Made by a program: the position numbers and the translations under genes
Notes under the pieces: model-generated
What the model saw: only the letters and a program-made list of their open reading frames with translations
What the model was told of the DNA's origin: nothing
The model's database searches: none
Assembly: GCF_006345805.1 (NCBI RefSeq)
Contig: NC_043002.1
Span: forward strand, 6,076,001 to 6,140,000
Direction of reading: 5' to 3'
Length of the DNA stretch: 64,000 nucleotides
Source: Octopus sinensis
Taxonomy: Eukaryota
Shown: positions 12,111-25,335 of the stretch, in pieces
How the letters are laid out: each line of letters opens with the position of its first letter
How positions within the stretch are numbered: the stretch's first letter is position 1

Positions 12111-13598
12111 AGCTTCCACCTATCCAATTTCCCCTACAAGGCTTAGATCACGCCGCAGCGTTGTTAGAAAACACTAGCCTAAAGTGTTGCGTAGTAGGAT
12201 AGAATTGCGAAGTGAACTTCCAAACTACATAACCATCCCTCGAAGAAGGTGAAACTGATAATATGATAAATATCGGAATATAATTGGTTGTTATTGTTTT
12301 GCCTTGATGAAGTAGATCTATGATCAAAGCGTTTCAGACATGGGCTCTTCATCATATTAGCTGATAATGTTTCCAAAGCTATATCATCTAGGGCGCCCCT
12401 TTCATTTTTAAGATATGATGTTATTTGACGAGAATTTAGTTGCTGCTTGCAGCAGATCGAATGGCAGCAAAGGAGCTCCGTAGTTGGCTCTTATAACTAA
12501 TTAGTAGCCAATTAGTAATAAATAAATCCAATTCCAGAGGAACTAAAGAAGAAAAAGACAACATATTCCAAATGGGATTTGAACTTTGGCTGCTAGGAAC
12601 ATGCTTAAAGAGAAGCACAATAAAGTGTGTAGTTCGGTGCTTTTCCGTCTCAGCCATCTTCGCCATCACCTTGGTATCGTAGTAATACCAAACAAGCTTC
12701 TACACGCAACAACATCGTAATTCATTGGTAAAAACACAACCGATGTAAAAAAAAACAAAACAAGAAAACCCATAAAAACTATGCAAAAAAATATAAAGTA
12801 AAACAGAAGCCGATTTTAATAGTTCTATTAGAATCAATGTCTCCTGTTGCTCTATGTCTCATTAGATATTATAAATGGTTCGCTATTACGGATGTGATCA
12901 ATTATTCATCGAATGAAGAATATTCCCAAATGACTCATAAAAGCCAAAACATATCATTTAACTATTTGGTGTATAACGAAAAAAACAAAACAAAGCAAAA
13001 AAGAAAGGAAAAAAAAACCATAAATAAAATAAACAATGTTTATTCTCAAACTAATATTATGTATGGTTAACATTCCTGCTTTTGCTTTTCATGTGTTTTT
13101 GTTATCTTTATGTTTTTAATATCGTGATTGCATTTATGTATTTCAACGTAGTCAAATGTAGCAGCAACTCCCGCATCTCCCACCTTCTATTTTTTGTTTT
13201 TTAATTGTGTACGCAGAGAAAGAAATAGAATTATCATAGGTAGTTTAGAAACTGACTAAATACTCTGCAATTTTATTAATTTCGTTCATCTCCTGTTGTG
13301 AATTTAAGTCAAGCCGAGGTTTATTCTGGTCTTTGGCTGGTGCAATATATTGGAGCTATTTTCAAATGATGCTAATGCACATCTACAAAATTTGATCATG
13401 TGAACTCGATTATATCTATCTGTCTATCTATCTATCTATCTATCTGTCTGTCTGTCTGTCTGTCTGTCTATCACAGTAGTGTCTTACATGTGTAATACAA
13501 TGTGTTCAGAAATTTCAATCAACTGAGATTATCCATGTCATTGATATACAAAACCTCTATAAGGGTTTTTCAAATCTTAAGCAAAGAAAGTCTAAGGA

Positions 13599-13900
13599 AG
13601 TATCTTCTACTATAGCAACGGGCAGACCAAAACCTTATGAGTGGATTTGGTAGACGGAAACTGAAAGAAGCCCGTCGTATATATATATATATATTTGTGT
13701 GTCTTTGTCCCCCACCATCGCTTGACAACCGGTGTTGGTGTGATTACATCCTCGTAACTTAGCGGTTCGGCAGAAGAGACCGATAGAATAAGTACTAGGT
13801 TAATAAAGAATAAATCCTGGTGTCGATTTGTTCCACTAAAGGTAGTGCTCCAGCATGGCCGCAGTCAAATGACTGAAACAAGTAAAAGAATAAAAGAAAA
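13599..13900 (+). mobile_element. SINE family B, 5'-truncated
   Basis: gtggatttggtagacggaaactgaaagaagcccgtcg...ctccagcatggccgcagtcaaatgactgaaacaagtaaaaga. Confidence 0.85.
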
Positions 13901-13983
13901 AAGAAAAGAAAAATTACATACATACATACATGCATACATACGTACAGAGAGAGAGAGAGACAGACACACAGACAGAAAGACAG

Positions 13984-14024
<41 letters not shown>

Positions 14025-16604
14025 TAAGTTACTGCCGATAGTATTGACATTCCAGGCCATATCCTTTAATAATTAAGAGTAGTTGTCCACTTCATGTTTC
14101 TCAAAAAGATTGTGACAACTTGAGTAATAATAATAATAATCTTATAATAGAGAAACGGATCTTCGTTTGTCCGTCCCAACATCTATAAGAGAGAGAGAGA
14201 GAGGAAGGGGAAGAATCAAAATATACGTCACACCGTATTTTTAGAAGAAGGCGAGGAGAAAAAGTAGTTGTTGAGAAAGAAATACAGTGTGTGTAATTTT
14301 CAGGGAAAGTCTTGCCAATGCAACTGCGCAGACTCCAGAAGCGCGTAAAGGATATCAACAAAATACGAGCAAGAATTTTGCATGATGCTTAAAAGATTCA
14401 AGTGATCATTGCTTCTTCGTTTTCGCAACTAAAAAAAAAAAAAACCCAGTACATAATATACAAACTGTTGTTGATATCTAAAACAACTTACACAATCACT
14501 GTGTACGATATCGTCATCACTAAATTTACCTGATTTCCAACGAAATTTTATATATTATTTTTAAAAAGGAAATTTGTCTCAAAAATACTTTTGTTTTTAT
14601 AAAAGGATGTTAGCATACTGATCTATCATAAATCCTTTCAAGTGTTTTAGATGCAATTTCTTAATTATTTTTTTATTCCAATATAGCCGCCTCTAAGTAG
14701 ATTTATTATCAAAGCCGTTCCAGTTGTGACCATACCCTCTTTTTTTTTTCGAATTACTGTAACTCGAACAACATTCTTCAGCACTTTATTCCCTTTGTTC
14801 GATGGATGACACGGTATGATTTGAGAGAAATTTAGCCACAACCAGACAGAAACTCCAATGTTAGCTCGAAATATTAACTTTAGATTCTTTATATTTGAGA
14901 AATATTTTGGTGAATTTGTATTTCTTTTCCTTACTATTTATGGTAGTAAAAATGTGTTTTTTGAAGAAATCATAATTCTTTTGAATGCAAACTCAGACTA
15001 CCGGAAGTTTGTATTTCTTTTGAATTGCAGTCTCAGCCCATAAGAAGTTTATTTTAAATTCTACAGCACTAGCAACATCTCTGTGAGTAAGTAATTTAAT
15101 CCTCTCCAGGGATAACTTAGATTAGTTATTGAAACACCCACTAGAAACAACGCACATATATACACATATATACACACACATACGCACTTACCCGAACTAT
15201 CGAGGGAGTCTCTACATGATGCCTGCTCAACCAAAAAGCTAACCTGGCGGTTAAACAACAACAAATAACAATATCAACAACAACATTCACACATCAGCAA
15301 AGGCAGGAACTTGATCTGCTAGATATAGCGGCCAGATTTTTGTGAAAACCATATCTGGCCATCATAAAACAAAAACTACAACAAAAGACAACATATTAGC
15401 CAATGTAGTCCAAGGTTAACAATTATTTAAAAAATAAGATAATTATTGTATAAATGACATTGAACATAGGTGTGCTCGAGTAAAACTGATTTGGTGCTAA
15501 GCAACAACGGAAATATTCACTTATACATACTCAACACGCACACAATCAAAATATCATAAGGTAAACCCTTCATACAACGGATGATGATCTGGCTTAAATA
15601 ATTCCAGTAAGAGGAAAAGCTACTCTGGGGTAAATTCTAAAATTTTCTATTGAGACTAAAATATATTAACACATTTTAATTGAAAGAGTAACAGTGGAAG
15701 TTTGTCATTACAACTTTTGTAATAGTTAAACACACTAGTCTCAACATAGTTGGCTGTTAAAGAAAAGAAGCAAAACAAAAGAGAATCTAACTTACTATTC
15801 TGGAGGTGAACATTTTATTCAAACATTTTAAAGGGATTTTATGGACAAATGCACTGAACCTAACAATTTCCCCGCCTAAATTATAAATTCATATTTCTAC
15901 CTATAACTAACGGTACACTTGATTACGTTGCTAAAAGTTTAAGCACTGATCTTTAAAATTTAGAGTTTCTATTCAAAGAGAAAAACCATCAAAGAGAAAA
16001 GCTATCAAAGAAGGTCTTCAAAGGGAATGAAGTAGTCTGTGAATTCAATCTGTAAATGAAACTACAAAACTATGCAAGACTTTTAAGTGATGTCTAGGTT
16101 CTAGTGATGTAATATTGTTTTTTAGTAAGTTACCAACCCCGATTTTAACGGATGAATTCAAAGAATGAAAAGAACGAAGACATACACACATAAGTGCAAT
16201 TTTATCTAAATACGCTCTTACGTATCTGCATACAGCCATTCACGTCTCCACAAAGTGCAAGCGCTGTCTTGACTTAAACAAACGGACTTTGAATCTTGGT
16301 TATTGATCAGCTTGAATTTTACGAAGGAATAACACTGTAAAATATCACAAAGAAGATCATACACACATATCAACACATATTCATACATGCATGCATCTAT
16401 TCATCCATCCATACATACAGGATTACGATATAAATGTCAACAAGACCTTGATTTAAAAGATGATTGTTAAAAGTAGATACTTTCTTTCACAACCTTGCTA
16501 CCAGTTAAGTGGCCAGTCAAAATTTCCCCTAAAATTAAAGAGAAAGAGAACATAGATTCATACATACATATGGCTAAAACAAACCGTAATAAGAAGAATA
16601 CTGG

Positions 16605-16770
16605 TTTAAGGCGCTAGAATGCCGGGTAAAATGCTTAGTGGCATTTCGTCCGTTCAAATTCCGCCGAAGTCGGTAAAATAAGTACAAGTTGAGCACTGGG
16701 GTTGATATAATCATCTTAACCACTGCCCCGGAATTGCTGGCCTTGCGCCAAAATTTGAAAGCAATATGAT
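16605..16770 (+). mobile_element. SINE family A, decayed
   Basis: gggtaaaatgcttagtggcatttcgtcc...gttcaaattccgccgaagtcg...ttgctggccttgcgccaaaatttgaaa. Confidence 0.7.
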
Positions 16771-17189
16771 GAATATTGGTGGTGTGTTGCTGTCAAGAAC
16801 AGTGTAAAAGTAAGGAAAATACACCAGTCAAAATGAACAGGGACAATGAAAAGAAAATGCGCACTGTAGCGGAAACTAGTTGCCCAGCAGATGTTAGCAT
16901 AAAGCTAAAGAGAAAAGAATAAGAAAACCTTGCCGAACCACTGAGAATTCTGCATAATCTCCAAACTGATTATAACTTAAATTTTACCCTGTTATTATTT
17001 GGGGTACTTGGTTAAATAACACTGCATCAGCACCGCTTTTGATAAACTCGACTTCACAAAACCAGAAACGACAAATCTAATAATTACAATTACATGTCAT
17101 GAATAGAAGTGTGAAAATATATAAAACAGTGTAGATGTTTAACTTTTGCATATATACATGTGTGTGTGTGGGGGGTGTATGTAATAATT

Positions 17190-17857
17190 ATTTGAGGGAA
17201 TATTAATCCTAACTTACAGGAAAAAATTCAATTTAGAAAAACTAAATCAAATTTCACACAATATTATATATATAAAAATTAGAAAAAAACCACCTTTTAT
17301 CAATTCAAAATGAACGATTAAATTGCACCATCTAGAAAATTACATATTAGAAATAGAAATATTAAAATAACAATAAAAAACCAATGATTAAGTAAATTGC
17401 AAAAAAAAATAATAAAAACGTATATAATATATATATATATAATATATACCAATTTAACAAATAAAACATATGCATACATACATACATACATACATATATG
17501 TACATACCTACATCTATATGTATATATACATGCATATATATATATGAGTACAGGACACCACAAATAAACGTAGAACACAACGAGAAATGAAAACATAAAA
17601 ACAAACAAGGAAACGGACTTTTTTTTAACAACGAAAAAACAGAGTACAAGACAAACAATACAAGAAATATTGCCCTTCATCAGCTGCCCCTGGTTCGACT
17701 CAATGCGTGTTTCGAAGGTAAGGGCAGAACACGATCCGGTCGAAGCAGTCCTTCCTGCAAAATGAATTAAATAAAATTCTTTTGCAGAGGGGTAAAAAAA
17801 GAAAAAAAGTGACAAGAATAGGACGTAAAAGCAATACAAATAAAAATACACACAAAA

Positions 17858-17870
<13 letters not shown>
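17190..17870 (-). mobile_element. AT-rich PLE-pLTR-like interspersed repeat
   Basis: gagggaata...aaattcaatttag...ttttatcaattcaaaatgaac..ttaaattgcaccatctagaaaattacatat recurs at 47378-47540, 29640-29720 (inverted), 34845 and 42372. Confidence 0.55.
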
Positions 17871-17899
<29 letters not shown>

Positions 17900-18373
17900 G
17901 TGAACGCATATGTATATATACATTTGGATAAACCAAAACATAGATCTACTCATGACACTCACATACACATATAGAGCAAATATATTCATATATTCATGCA
18001 TACACGCAAATATACATGCATATATATATGATGAAGTAGTTGTCTAAATTCCAATGTAGAAAACCTCTCTATTACGGGGCTAGAAAATTATTTAAAATAA
18101 ATCAGAATATACACAATACTTTTACTTTCTTAACGGATCTACGCCATATGAAGTAATCGTTTTCAGCTCCGAGTAAATATGTAAGACTTTCTAAGCGGTT
18201 GACATAACAGTAATCCACCCATCCACCCTTCCATTACATTATATACTATACGTATATAAATATATATATATAATAGAAATATTAAAATTACTAAGTCTCT
18301 CTAAAACAAGTGGATGTATTCCACCGAAGCTAGGTAAATAAAACCTTTGAACAGAGATTGTCGGAAGCGACAC

Positions 18374-18445
18374 CTACTGGTTTGGCTACGCTGCATTGAA
18401 AAGGGGCAATACCCCGAAACGCGTCTGTAGCTGCCGGCCAAGTAG
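18374..18445 (+). ncRNA. Type I hammerhead ribozyme motif, U3-A8 core variant, long helix I
   Basis: gctgca-TTGAAAA(18396-402)-gggg/caata/cccc-GAAA-cgcg-TC-tgtagc; palindromic ACGCGT; GUC triplet; helix I extended by ttggct/ggccaa and ctac/gtag; outer IR aacctttgaaca/tgttcaaaggtt. Confidence 0.8.
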
Positions 18446-18575
18446 TGTTCAAAGGTTATATGGATACAGTTTGTGTATCAAATAGCTAACTTAAGGCGAT
18501 GGCCTCATGGAGCTAATAAGCGGTCAGCTTTATTCTTATTTTTATAAGAATGCCATATTAGTATGGCGATAACTA

Positions 18576-18606
<31 letters not shown>

Positions 18607-18747
18607 TTATAAATTAGGGTATCTACGAGATACTACAATGCTGAAAATAGCAGCCATGATCTGACTCTAAAACCACCTTAATTGTCCATATATCAACACG
18701 GAGAGAAAACAAAGAGACAAAATGAAACTAGTAAAAACTACTGGATA

Positions 18748-18806
18748 ATTCTAGATCCCAGATTTCTGACTTTGCATATAGAAATGCTTTGCCTCGTCAG
18801 TAGAAT
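18748..18806 (-). ncRNA. Type I hammerhead ribozyme motif, tandem copy 1
   Basis: Reverse complement attcta-CTGACGA-ggc aaa gcat/ttctat/atgc aaa gtc a-GAAA-tctggga-TC-tagaat: 6-bp helix I, canonical core, extra A before GAAA, AUC triplet. Confidence 0.75.
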
Positions 18807-18994
18807 ACACAGAAGACAAACATAAGTATATATATATATATATATATTAAAATTATAAATTAGGGTATCTACGAGATACTACAATGCTGAAAATAGCAGC
18901 CATGATCTGACTCTAAAACCACCTTAATTGTCCATATATCAACACGGAGAGAAAACAAAGAGACAAAATGAAACTAGTAAAAAACTACTGGATA

Positions 18995-19053
18995 ATTCTA
19001 GATCCCAGATTTCTGACTTTGCATATAGAAATGCTTTGCCTCGTCAGTAGAAT
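18995..19053 (-). ncRNA. Type I hammerhead ribozyme motif, tandem copy 2
   Basis: Identical to 18748-18806. Confidence 0.75.
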
Positions 19054-19493
19054 ACACAGAAGACAAACATAAGTATATATATATATATATAAGCACAACA
19101 TACGAATTCTTACATATACGAACGTATACCTACATATATATGCACGTATGCATCATGGCCAGTTCAAAATGCCCGCCAAGGTTGATTGGCTAAGTTATAT
19201 GTCACTGAATTGCGCACATGTTACTTATTAAGCCTTCAAGGACACTACGAACATGCTTTCATTGGGGGCAAGATTACTTGAACCATCAATTTTCACCACA
19301 CTATTGCAACTTATTGCATTATTTCTTAAGGTTCATATTAACATTCTTTGAAAAAAACAAAACACAGAAAAACAACAAGAGACAAACGTTCTTTTTGCTG
19401 TTGAGTTCTGCAGCACAGGCTAACCTTGTTCTAGCAGACTTCCGTTGCAGAAATAGTTTACACATCCCAATAAATCTAATTTAGCATTTGATA

Positions 19494-19870
19494 TCTCTCT
19501 CTATATATAAAATTGAGAATGTGTGTCTGTCTGTCTGTGTGTTTCCCTAAAACTTGAGAACCACACAACCAATTTCATTCAAATTTTACGCATGCCTTAC
19601 TTAAGGTCCGGGAGTGTCATTGGCAAAAAAAATTTAACTTTTACCCTAGGGCGACCCCACAGCAATATCATATCTTCTCCACTATTTCAGTATTACGTGT
19701 TAAAAGTGAAACAAAAATAACTTTCTATTGTAATGCAGACATTCACTTTAATGCTGAAACTATTAAAGTGACTGTATTATATAACAGGGATGAACCATTA
19801 ACAGTGGTCATCCATTTTGCTAGAAGAAGATCCGGTATGGTCTTATATGCTACACCACTGGTTTTCAATT
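19494..19870 (+). mobile_element. Helitron-like non-autonomous 5' end
   Basis: A|TCTCTCTCTATATATAAAATTGAGAATGTGTGTCTGTCTGTCTG: 5' TC after A plus subterminal (GTCT)n, as in Helitron/DINE-like repeats. Right boundary uncertain. Confidence 0.45.
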
Positions 19871-21238
19871 CATATTAATCAAATTAATATTCAATTTTTC
19901 ACCCTTATTATGTGTGTGTGTGTATTAGCAATTCGTATAAAATTGCATCAATGATTTGAACTTTAATAAGTGGTTTCACATAAATGGGGATAACTTAAAA
20001 AGGTTTGTTGTTAATATTATTACTGTTTGACTATTGTAATCACATTTCTAGATGTATTTCTATAGATATACATGTATATGTAAACATGTATGTCTAGATG
20101 TATATATAGAGGTACATGTAATATGTACACATATATATATACACATATATACATGCATACATATATACACCCATACAGATACACCCACCCACACAGGTGT
20201 GGTAACAAATTTGGTTCCAAAACACTTGGTCCTCAGTTCAGTCCCACTGTGTGGTAACTTGGCATGTGTCTTCTGCGATAGCGCTATGGCGACCAGAGCT
20301 CGCTCTGGGCGACTGTATACAGATACCAGCCTACAATCGACGAGGTCGGGTCGGGTAGGGAGAATTTCCATTATATATTGAGAACTATAGCGCAAAGGCA
20401 GCATAAAAAACAACCCTTCCTCAATTGTTGGCAGATTTACCTACTCCGAATTGCGAGCGGTGGAACAACATGTGTCTTCGTCAATGCAATTGCTCCCACA
20501 AAGCAAACTAAATAAAATTTGAGATAAATGGAAGGTCAAACCTGCTAACAAAAACAGGACAGTGAAAACATTCGGTAAGGGCTGTTTAACCCTAACGAGG
20601 TGAAGTGGTGAAAGCTGGAGAAAAAAAAAGCTTTGTCAAGAGACAGACAAGAATGCGTGTTATAGTTATAAACTGAACGAGAAGTAAAATAATTACATTT
20701 AGAAATAGAAATCTATAATTATTTTGGACAGAATTTTAGTTAGAAATAGAGAACTATCAATATTGTATTATGCATAAAGTGGTGGCTTACATTCGGGGCT
20801 TCCAATTTCTCTATAAAATATGAGAGAGTCGCGAAATCATCGCATATGTCACCATCGATTACAAACACCGGTGGAAGATAAAAGTTCCAGATGACATTCT
20901 TGTTCTTTCGTTTGTACAAGGATCGTATTGTTTCGGCTTAAAATAAATTATAGATACAAATATAATATATAGAAATATATAAAAACCAGAATAGAAAATA
21001 AACGTCTTAGGCATATAAAATGAGATAACATGAGATATCAAGGTGTTATAAACTTGACACCTATTAGAATATCATAGATTATATATATCAAGTCATCCAA
21101 CCAGTTCTGTTCAATTTTATCTTTTTTTTAGATTTGAATGAAATTTTATAGTATTTTCAAATGTCTAATTCAATTAAAAATTATTTTTATGCATTTGTGT
21201 ACGTTTAAACTAATTCAATATTGTTTTACAAAATAATA

Positions 21239-22517
21239 GAGGGTGTCCACAAAGTCTGCGTACATGGGGATTAACACATACTTTTAAAACAAACCAATTT
21301 TATTTAATTATAATGTTAATAAATAATATTTTCAAAGTGATTTCCATCATTTTTCAATGCATAACTTGATGTGCCTAGCAAAACTTGATTAAATAAGTCT
21401 ACATTGCCATCAATTTCAGCATACTGACTAGTAATGCGTTCTCTCATGTGTTTTAAATCTGTAATTTTTATTGTAATCATTCTCTTTCAACATACCCCAG
21501 AAAAAGAAATCAAGGGGAGAAATGTCTGGTGAACGAGGGGACCTTTTCATATGAGCCCTTCTTCCAATCCAGTGAGGAAAAGTGTCATTAAACCAATCTC
21601 TAACAGTTGTGGAAAAATGGGTTGGGGCCCCATCCTGCTGAAACCACTTCGGAAGGCTCTCGCCTAGGCGCTCAATTTGAGATATTAATTTGTCTCTCAA
21701 TATGTTTACATAAGTCTCATCCGTTACATATTCAATGAAGAAGGGTCCTAGAACATGAGCTTTCCACAAACCACACCACACAATCACCTTTTTGCTGCCT
21801 TGCTGTTTGGATGGATCCATCCGATGTGGATTACCTCAAGACCAGTATAGAAGATTCTGTCCGTTGACCTCACCATTTACATAAAACGTAGCTTTGTCAC
21901 TGAATAACGAAGTTTTTCGTAAAATTGATATTTTCATCCAATTTATTTGAAAAGCATTCGCACGTCTATATTCGTCTATCAGGGTCGTCTTCATGTAAGT
22001 GATGCAATATCTGTAGGTTGTATCGATGAAACTTTTCCTCAACCAGCATTTTGTGGATGGTCGGTTTTGGAACACGTAACACCGTGGATGTCCGACGAAG
22101 TGATTTCTTTGGGCTAGCAGAAACTTTAGCTATGACAGCCTCTTTCGTTTCATCTGAAGATTTTGGTCGCCCGGAACGGGGTTTATCCAAAACACTGCCT
22201 GTTTCTTTAAATTTCTTGATCAATTTCCCGACGGCAGTAAAAAAAATAGGTTACCTATAAGTGTGTCGAAGATTAAATTCTTCCGCAATTTTGTGATAAG
22301 ACCATCCCTCTCGTCCACTTAATAATACTAACTCGATTCTTTCTTCTTTAGACAGATCCATCATTCGATTATCTGTAGAAAAAATAACAAATAAATTTAG
22401 AAAAGTAAAGTATTTTTTTTATTTAATTTAAACAAAAGTAAAAAGGAAAATTATTATTTCTTATATTTGTTTATGTTATGATTTTATTCCATGTACCCAG
22501 ACTTCGTGGACACCCTA
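21239..22517 (-). mobile_element. Tc1/mariner rosa/VS-type (DD40-41D) transposon, pseudogenised
   Basis: 29-bp TIRs gagggtgtccacaaagtctgcgtacatgg and ccatgtacccagacttcgtggacacccta; minus-strand pieces KKFKETGSVLDKPRSGRP, FSDKATF, WFQQDGAPTH...FPHWIGRR...PRSPDISPLDFFFWG with 40 residues between the 2nd and 3rd D. Confidence 0.9.
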
Positions 22518-22582
22518 AAATTGCTTTGATTAAAACCCTTTCAATATGGAAGTATCCAAGGAGCATTTAAGGCACATATAAT

Positions 22583-22857
22583 TCATTATTTTCGGGGTCA
22601 TTCCGAAAAGCTCTACCTGCGACGATTTCATCTCAATCGAAGGAGAGGAGCTTTCTCCGTCCGGGTTGCGTATCCGTGGAACAAGCTGCCAGACGAGATG
22701 GTGAAGATGCCGACGACCGCTTTGTTCAAAGCCTCCCTGGACCTCAAGTGGCCTGAACTCTTTACATGAACACCACCCTGTACTTAACTCCATGCCCCCC
22801 TACATGGCCTTGCTATTTGCTTTTGAGCCAAATTAACTAACTAACTAACTAACTAAC
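22583..22857 (+). mobile_element. CR1-group LINE 3' end, 5'-truncated, with (TAAC)n tail
   Basis: RGHSEKLYLRRFHLNRRRGAFSVRVAYPWNKLPDEMVKMPTTALFKASLDLKWPELFT* (22593-22769), the typical CR1 C-terminus; tail (TAAC)6 at 22834-22857. Confidence 0.85.
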
Positions 22858-24099
22858 ATTATGAGTACAATAAAGGTAACTCTGCAGCCGAAGTGACTCG
22901 AAACATACACTCAGTTTATGGGAAAGTGCTTGAATGAAAGAACTTGCAGGAGATCGTTTGCAAAATTCAGAAGTGGAGATTTCAGCCTTGAAGATGAAGA
23001 TCGAATAGGATGTCCAGTTGAGTTTGATGATAAGCTCCTTGAGGCATTACTTGAAGAAAATCCGTCATTATCAGTTGAAGAATTGGCAATAAAGCTTACT
23101 TCAAACCATACAACAGTTCATCGTCATCTTCAACAACGTGGAAAGATTCCTAAACTTGGAAAATAAGTGCCTCATGTATTGTCCGAAAGCAACGGCAAAT
23201 CTCGAGTTGACATCTGCTCTTCTCTCCATTCTCGCAAAATCATTTCACCCTTTTTCGATAGACTTGTGACGAAAAATGGATTTTCTATCGAAATGTTAAA
23301 CGTCGTAAACAGTGGCTTGGTAAAAGGGAAAATGCTCAACCACAACCGAGAAGGGAACTTCATGGGGAAAAGGTTCTACTCTACCTGGTGCGATTGCAAA
23401 GGCGTAATTCACTTTATATTGTTACCACCTAATGCAACAATCAATGCTCAAGTCTACTGTCAGCTATTAGAGCGTTTGAACCAAGCTTTGAAGGAAAAAA
23501 GAGCCGCTTTAGTGAGTCGAAAACGAGTGATGTTTCATCAGGACAATGCGCAACCCCACACTGCAAAGATCACATCACAGAAAATCGAAGAGGTCGGTTT
23601 AGAAAATTTTCTTCATCCAACTTATTCTCCCGACCTTACTCCTTCAGGATACCATTTGTTTCATAGTTCACAGAATTATTAGGGGTACACAACTTTCGCA
23701 AGCCAGGAGGAGGTCGAACCTGACATTTCAGAGTTCTTCGCTTTGAAACCAAAAGAGTTTTATATTGATGGGATTAAAAAGCTTGTAAGTAGATGGAAGT
23801 AAGTCATAGATAATCAGGGAAAGTACATTGATGATTAACTTTCAACTAAATATAACATTTGATCACTTGGATTCTTTATCCAAAATTCGGACAGAACTTA
23901 TGGGAAGACCTGAGATATATATACCGGCGAAAATATATTTAAGACCGACGATAAAAGTTCTATTTCTTACAAAATATTTTGTTACTAACACCATACAAAT
24001 TATTTAAATCTTTTACACCTTATGCAAAATTTATTTCTCTTTCGAATGTTGCAAACAATTTTTATACAACTTGAAGAATTCTAATGCTAAATTAATATA

Positions 24100-24267
24100 T
24101 ATTTCTTTACTGCCCACAAGGGGCTAAACATAGAGGGGACAAACAGGGACAAACAAACGGATTAAGTCGATTACATCTACCCCAGTGCGTAACTGGTACT
24201 TAATTTATCGACCTCGAAAGGATGAAAGGCAAAGTCGACCTCGGTGGAATTTGAACTCAGAACGTAA
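24100..24267 (-). mobile_element. SINE family A, 5'-truncated
   Basis: gaaaggatgaaaggcaaagtcgacctcggtggaatttgaactcagaacgtaa. Confidence 0.85.
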
Positions 24268-24771
24268 TATAAACGTTTCAAATTTACCGGCAAAATTAGT
24301 TAAAGACCATGTAATATGTATGCAATTTTTTTGGCCAAAATGGGTGGTCACACAAAGGGGCCTAAATGCACCATATAAAGTTATAATTTAATGTTATACA
24401 ATTTATTAATAATGGGAAAACAACGTAGCCTTAGTCCAGTCACGAGAGCAAAAATCGTATATAACAGCAAAAAGTTTCCTTTTCGAACATCAGCAAGCAA
24501 CTAAAGTGCAGTAAACCGCCAGTGTGTATATTATATATATATAATGTATATAATACGAGAATTTTAATGGAGATAACCTGCAGTATATAGTACAACATTT
24601 TTGTCTCCGTATATGAGCTAAGTATTAATAAACTGTGGTATACGATAAAAATTTCGGATATTTGTCTTAAAACATTCAGACAAGAAAATTCAGATGTAGC
24701 ACACGAAGTATTATTCCATACGAATATACACATATTTATATTAAGAGTTTCATGATAAAAATATAGAAATA

Positions 24772-25335
24772 TTTGGGTTGTCCGGAAAGTTCGTGCCGAT
24801 TTATAGTAGCTTATCTTTCGACTTATTTTAGAACATGTTTGAGTCCATAAAATAGGATTTGGCTACACCTCCATTTAGAGTTTAGTTTAAGCTATCTTTT
24901 CGTGGAAGAAGGTTTATGTCCCTATAACCTGTGTTAATTCTGTAACCCTTTAAAATAAAAGATGAGAAAGTTCATTTTCGACACTTGATGCTTTGGGAAC
25001 CAGACAAAAATTGCTGCAGCTCGGCTGGGATGTTACCCCCACCCTCCTATTCCCCAGATATTGCTCCTTCGGATTTCCACTTATTCAGGTCTCTGCAGAA
25101 AAGTCTTAATGGTAAAAATTTCAATTCCTTAGATGACGTAAAAAGATACCTTGACGAATTCTTTGCCTTGAAACCACCCCTATTCTGAGAAGAGGGTATT
25201 TTCAAGGTAAAGGAAAGATGGAGACATATTGTGCAACGAAATGGTTCAGATTTGGTTCATTAAAAATGTAATGGCAAGTATTTAGTGACCTTTACTTTCC
25301 TTTAAAAATCGGAACGAACTTTCCGGACAACCCAA
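24772..25335 (+). mobile_element. Internally deleted mariner derivative (~560 bp)
   Basis: TIRs ttgggttgtccggaaagttcgtgccgattt and aaatcggaacgaactttccggacaacccaa with TA flanks; N-terminal KDEKVHFRHLMLWE fused to C-terminal PPYSPDIAPSDFHLFRSLQ... Confidence 0.9.

Larger units (their letters stand above)
18580..19082 (-). repeat. Head-to-tail tandem of a ~246-247-bp HHR-containing unit separated by (TA)n
   Basis: 18601-18826 and 18847-19073 identical except a 1-nt indel. Confidence 0.95.
21088..23913 (+). mobile_element. Mariner (DD34D) transposon, pseudogenised, carrying two nested insertions
   Basis: TIRs tcaagtcatccaaccagttctgttcaatttt and aaaattcggacagaacttatgggaagacctga; ORF MEVSKEHLRHI (22546) / YEYNKGNSAAEVTRNI...GDFSLEDEDR..HQDNAQPH..YSPDLTPSGYHLF; third D changed to G, with frameshifts and stops. 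Confidence 0.9.

Noticed and set aside
14300-14395. Acceptor-like aattttcag followed by short open frames
   Set aside because: No convincing donor, no recognisable protein; same for candidates at 39275, 40440-40500 and 61030-61076.
18724-18740. GAAA-ctag-TA palindrome on the plus strand of the tandem unit (also 16872 and 42050)
   Set aside because: No upstream CUGANGA/UUGANAA core with a pairing helix I.
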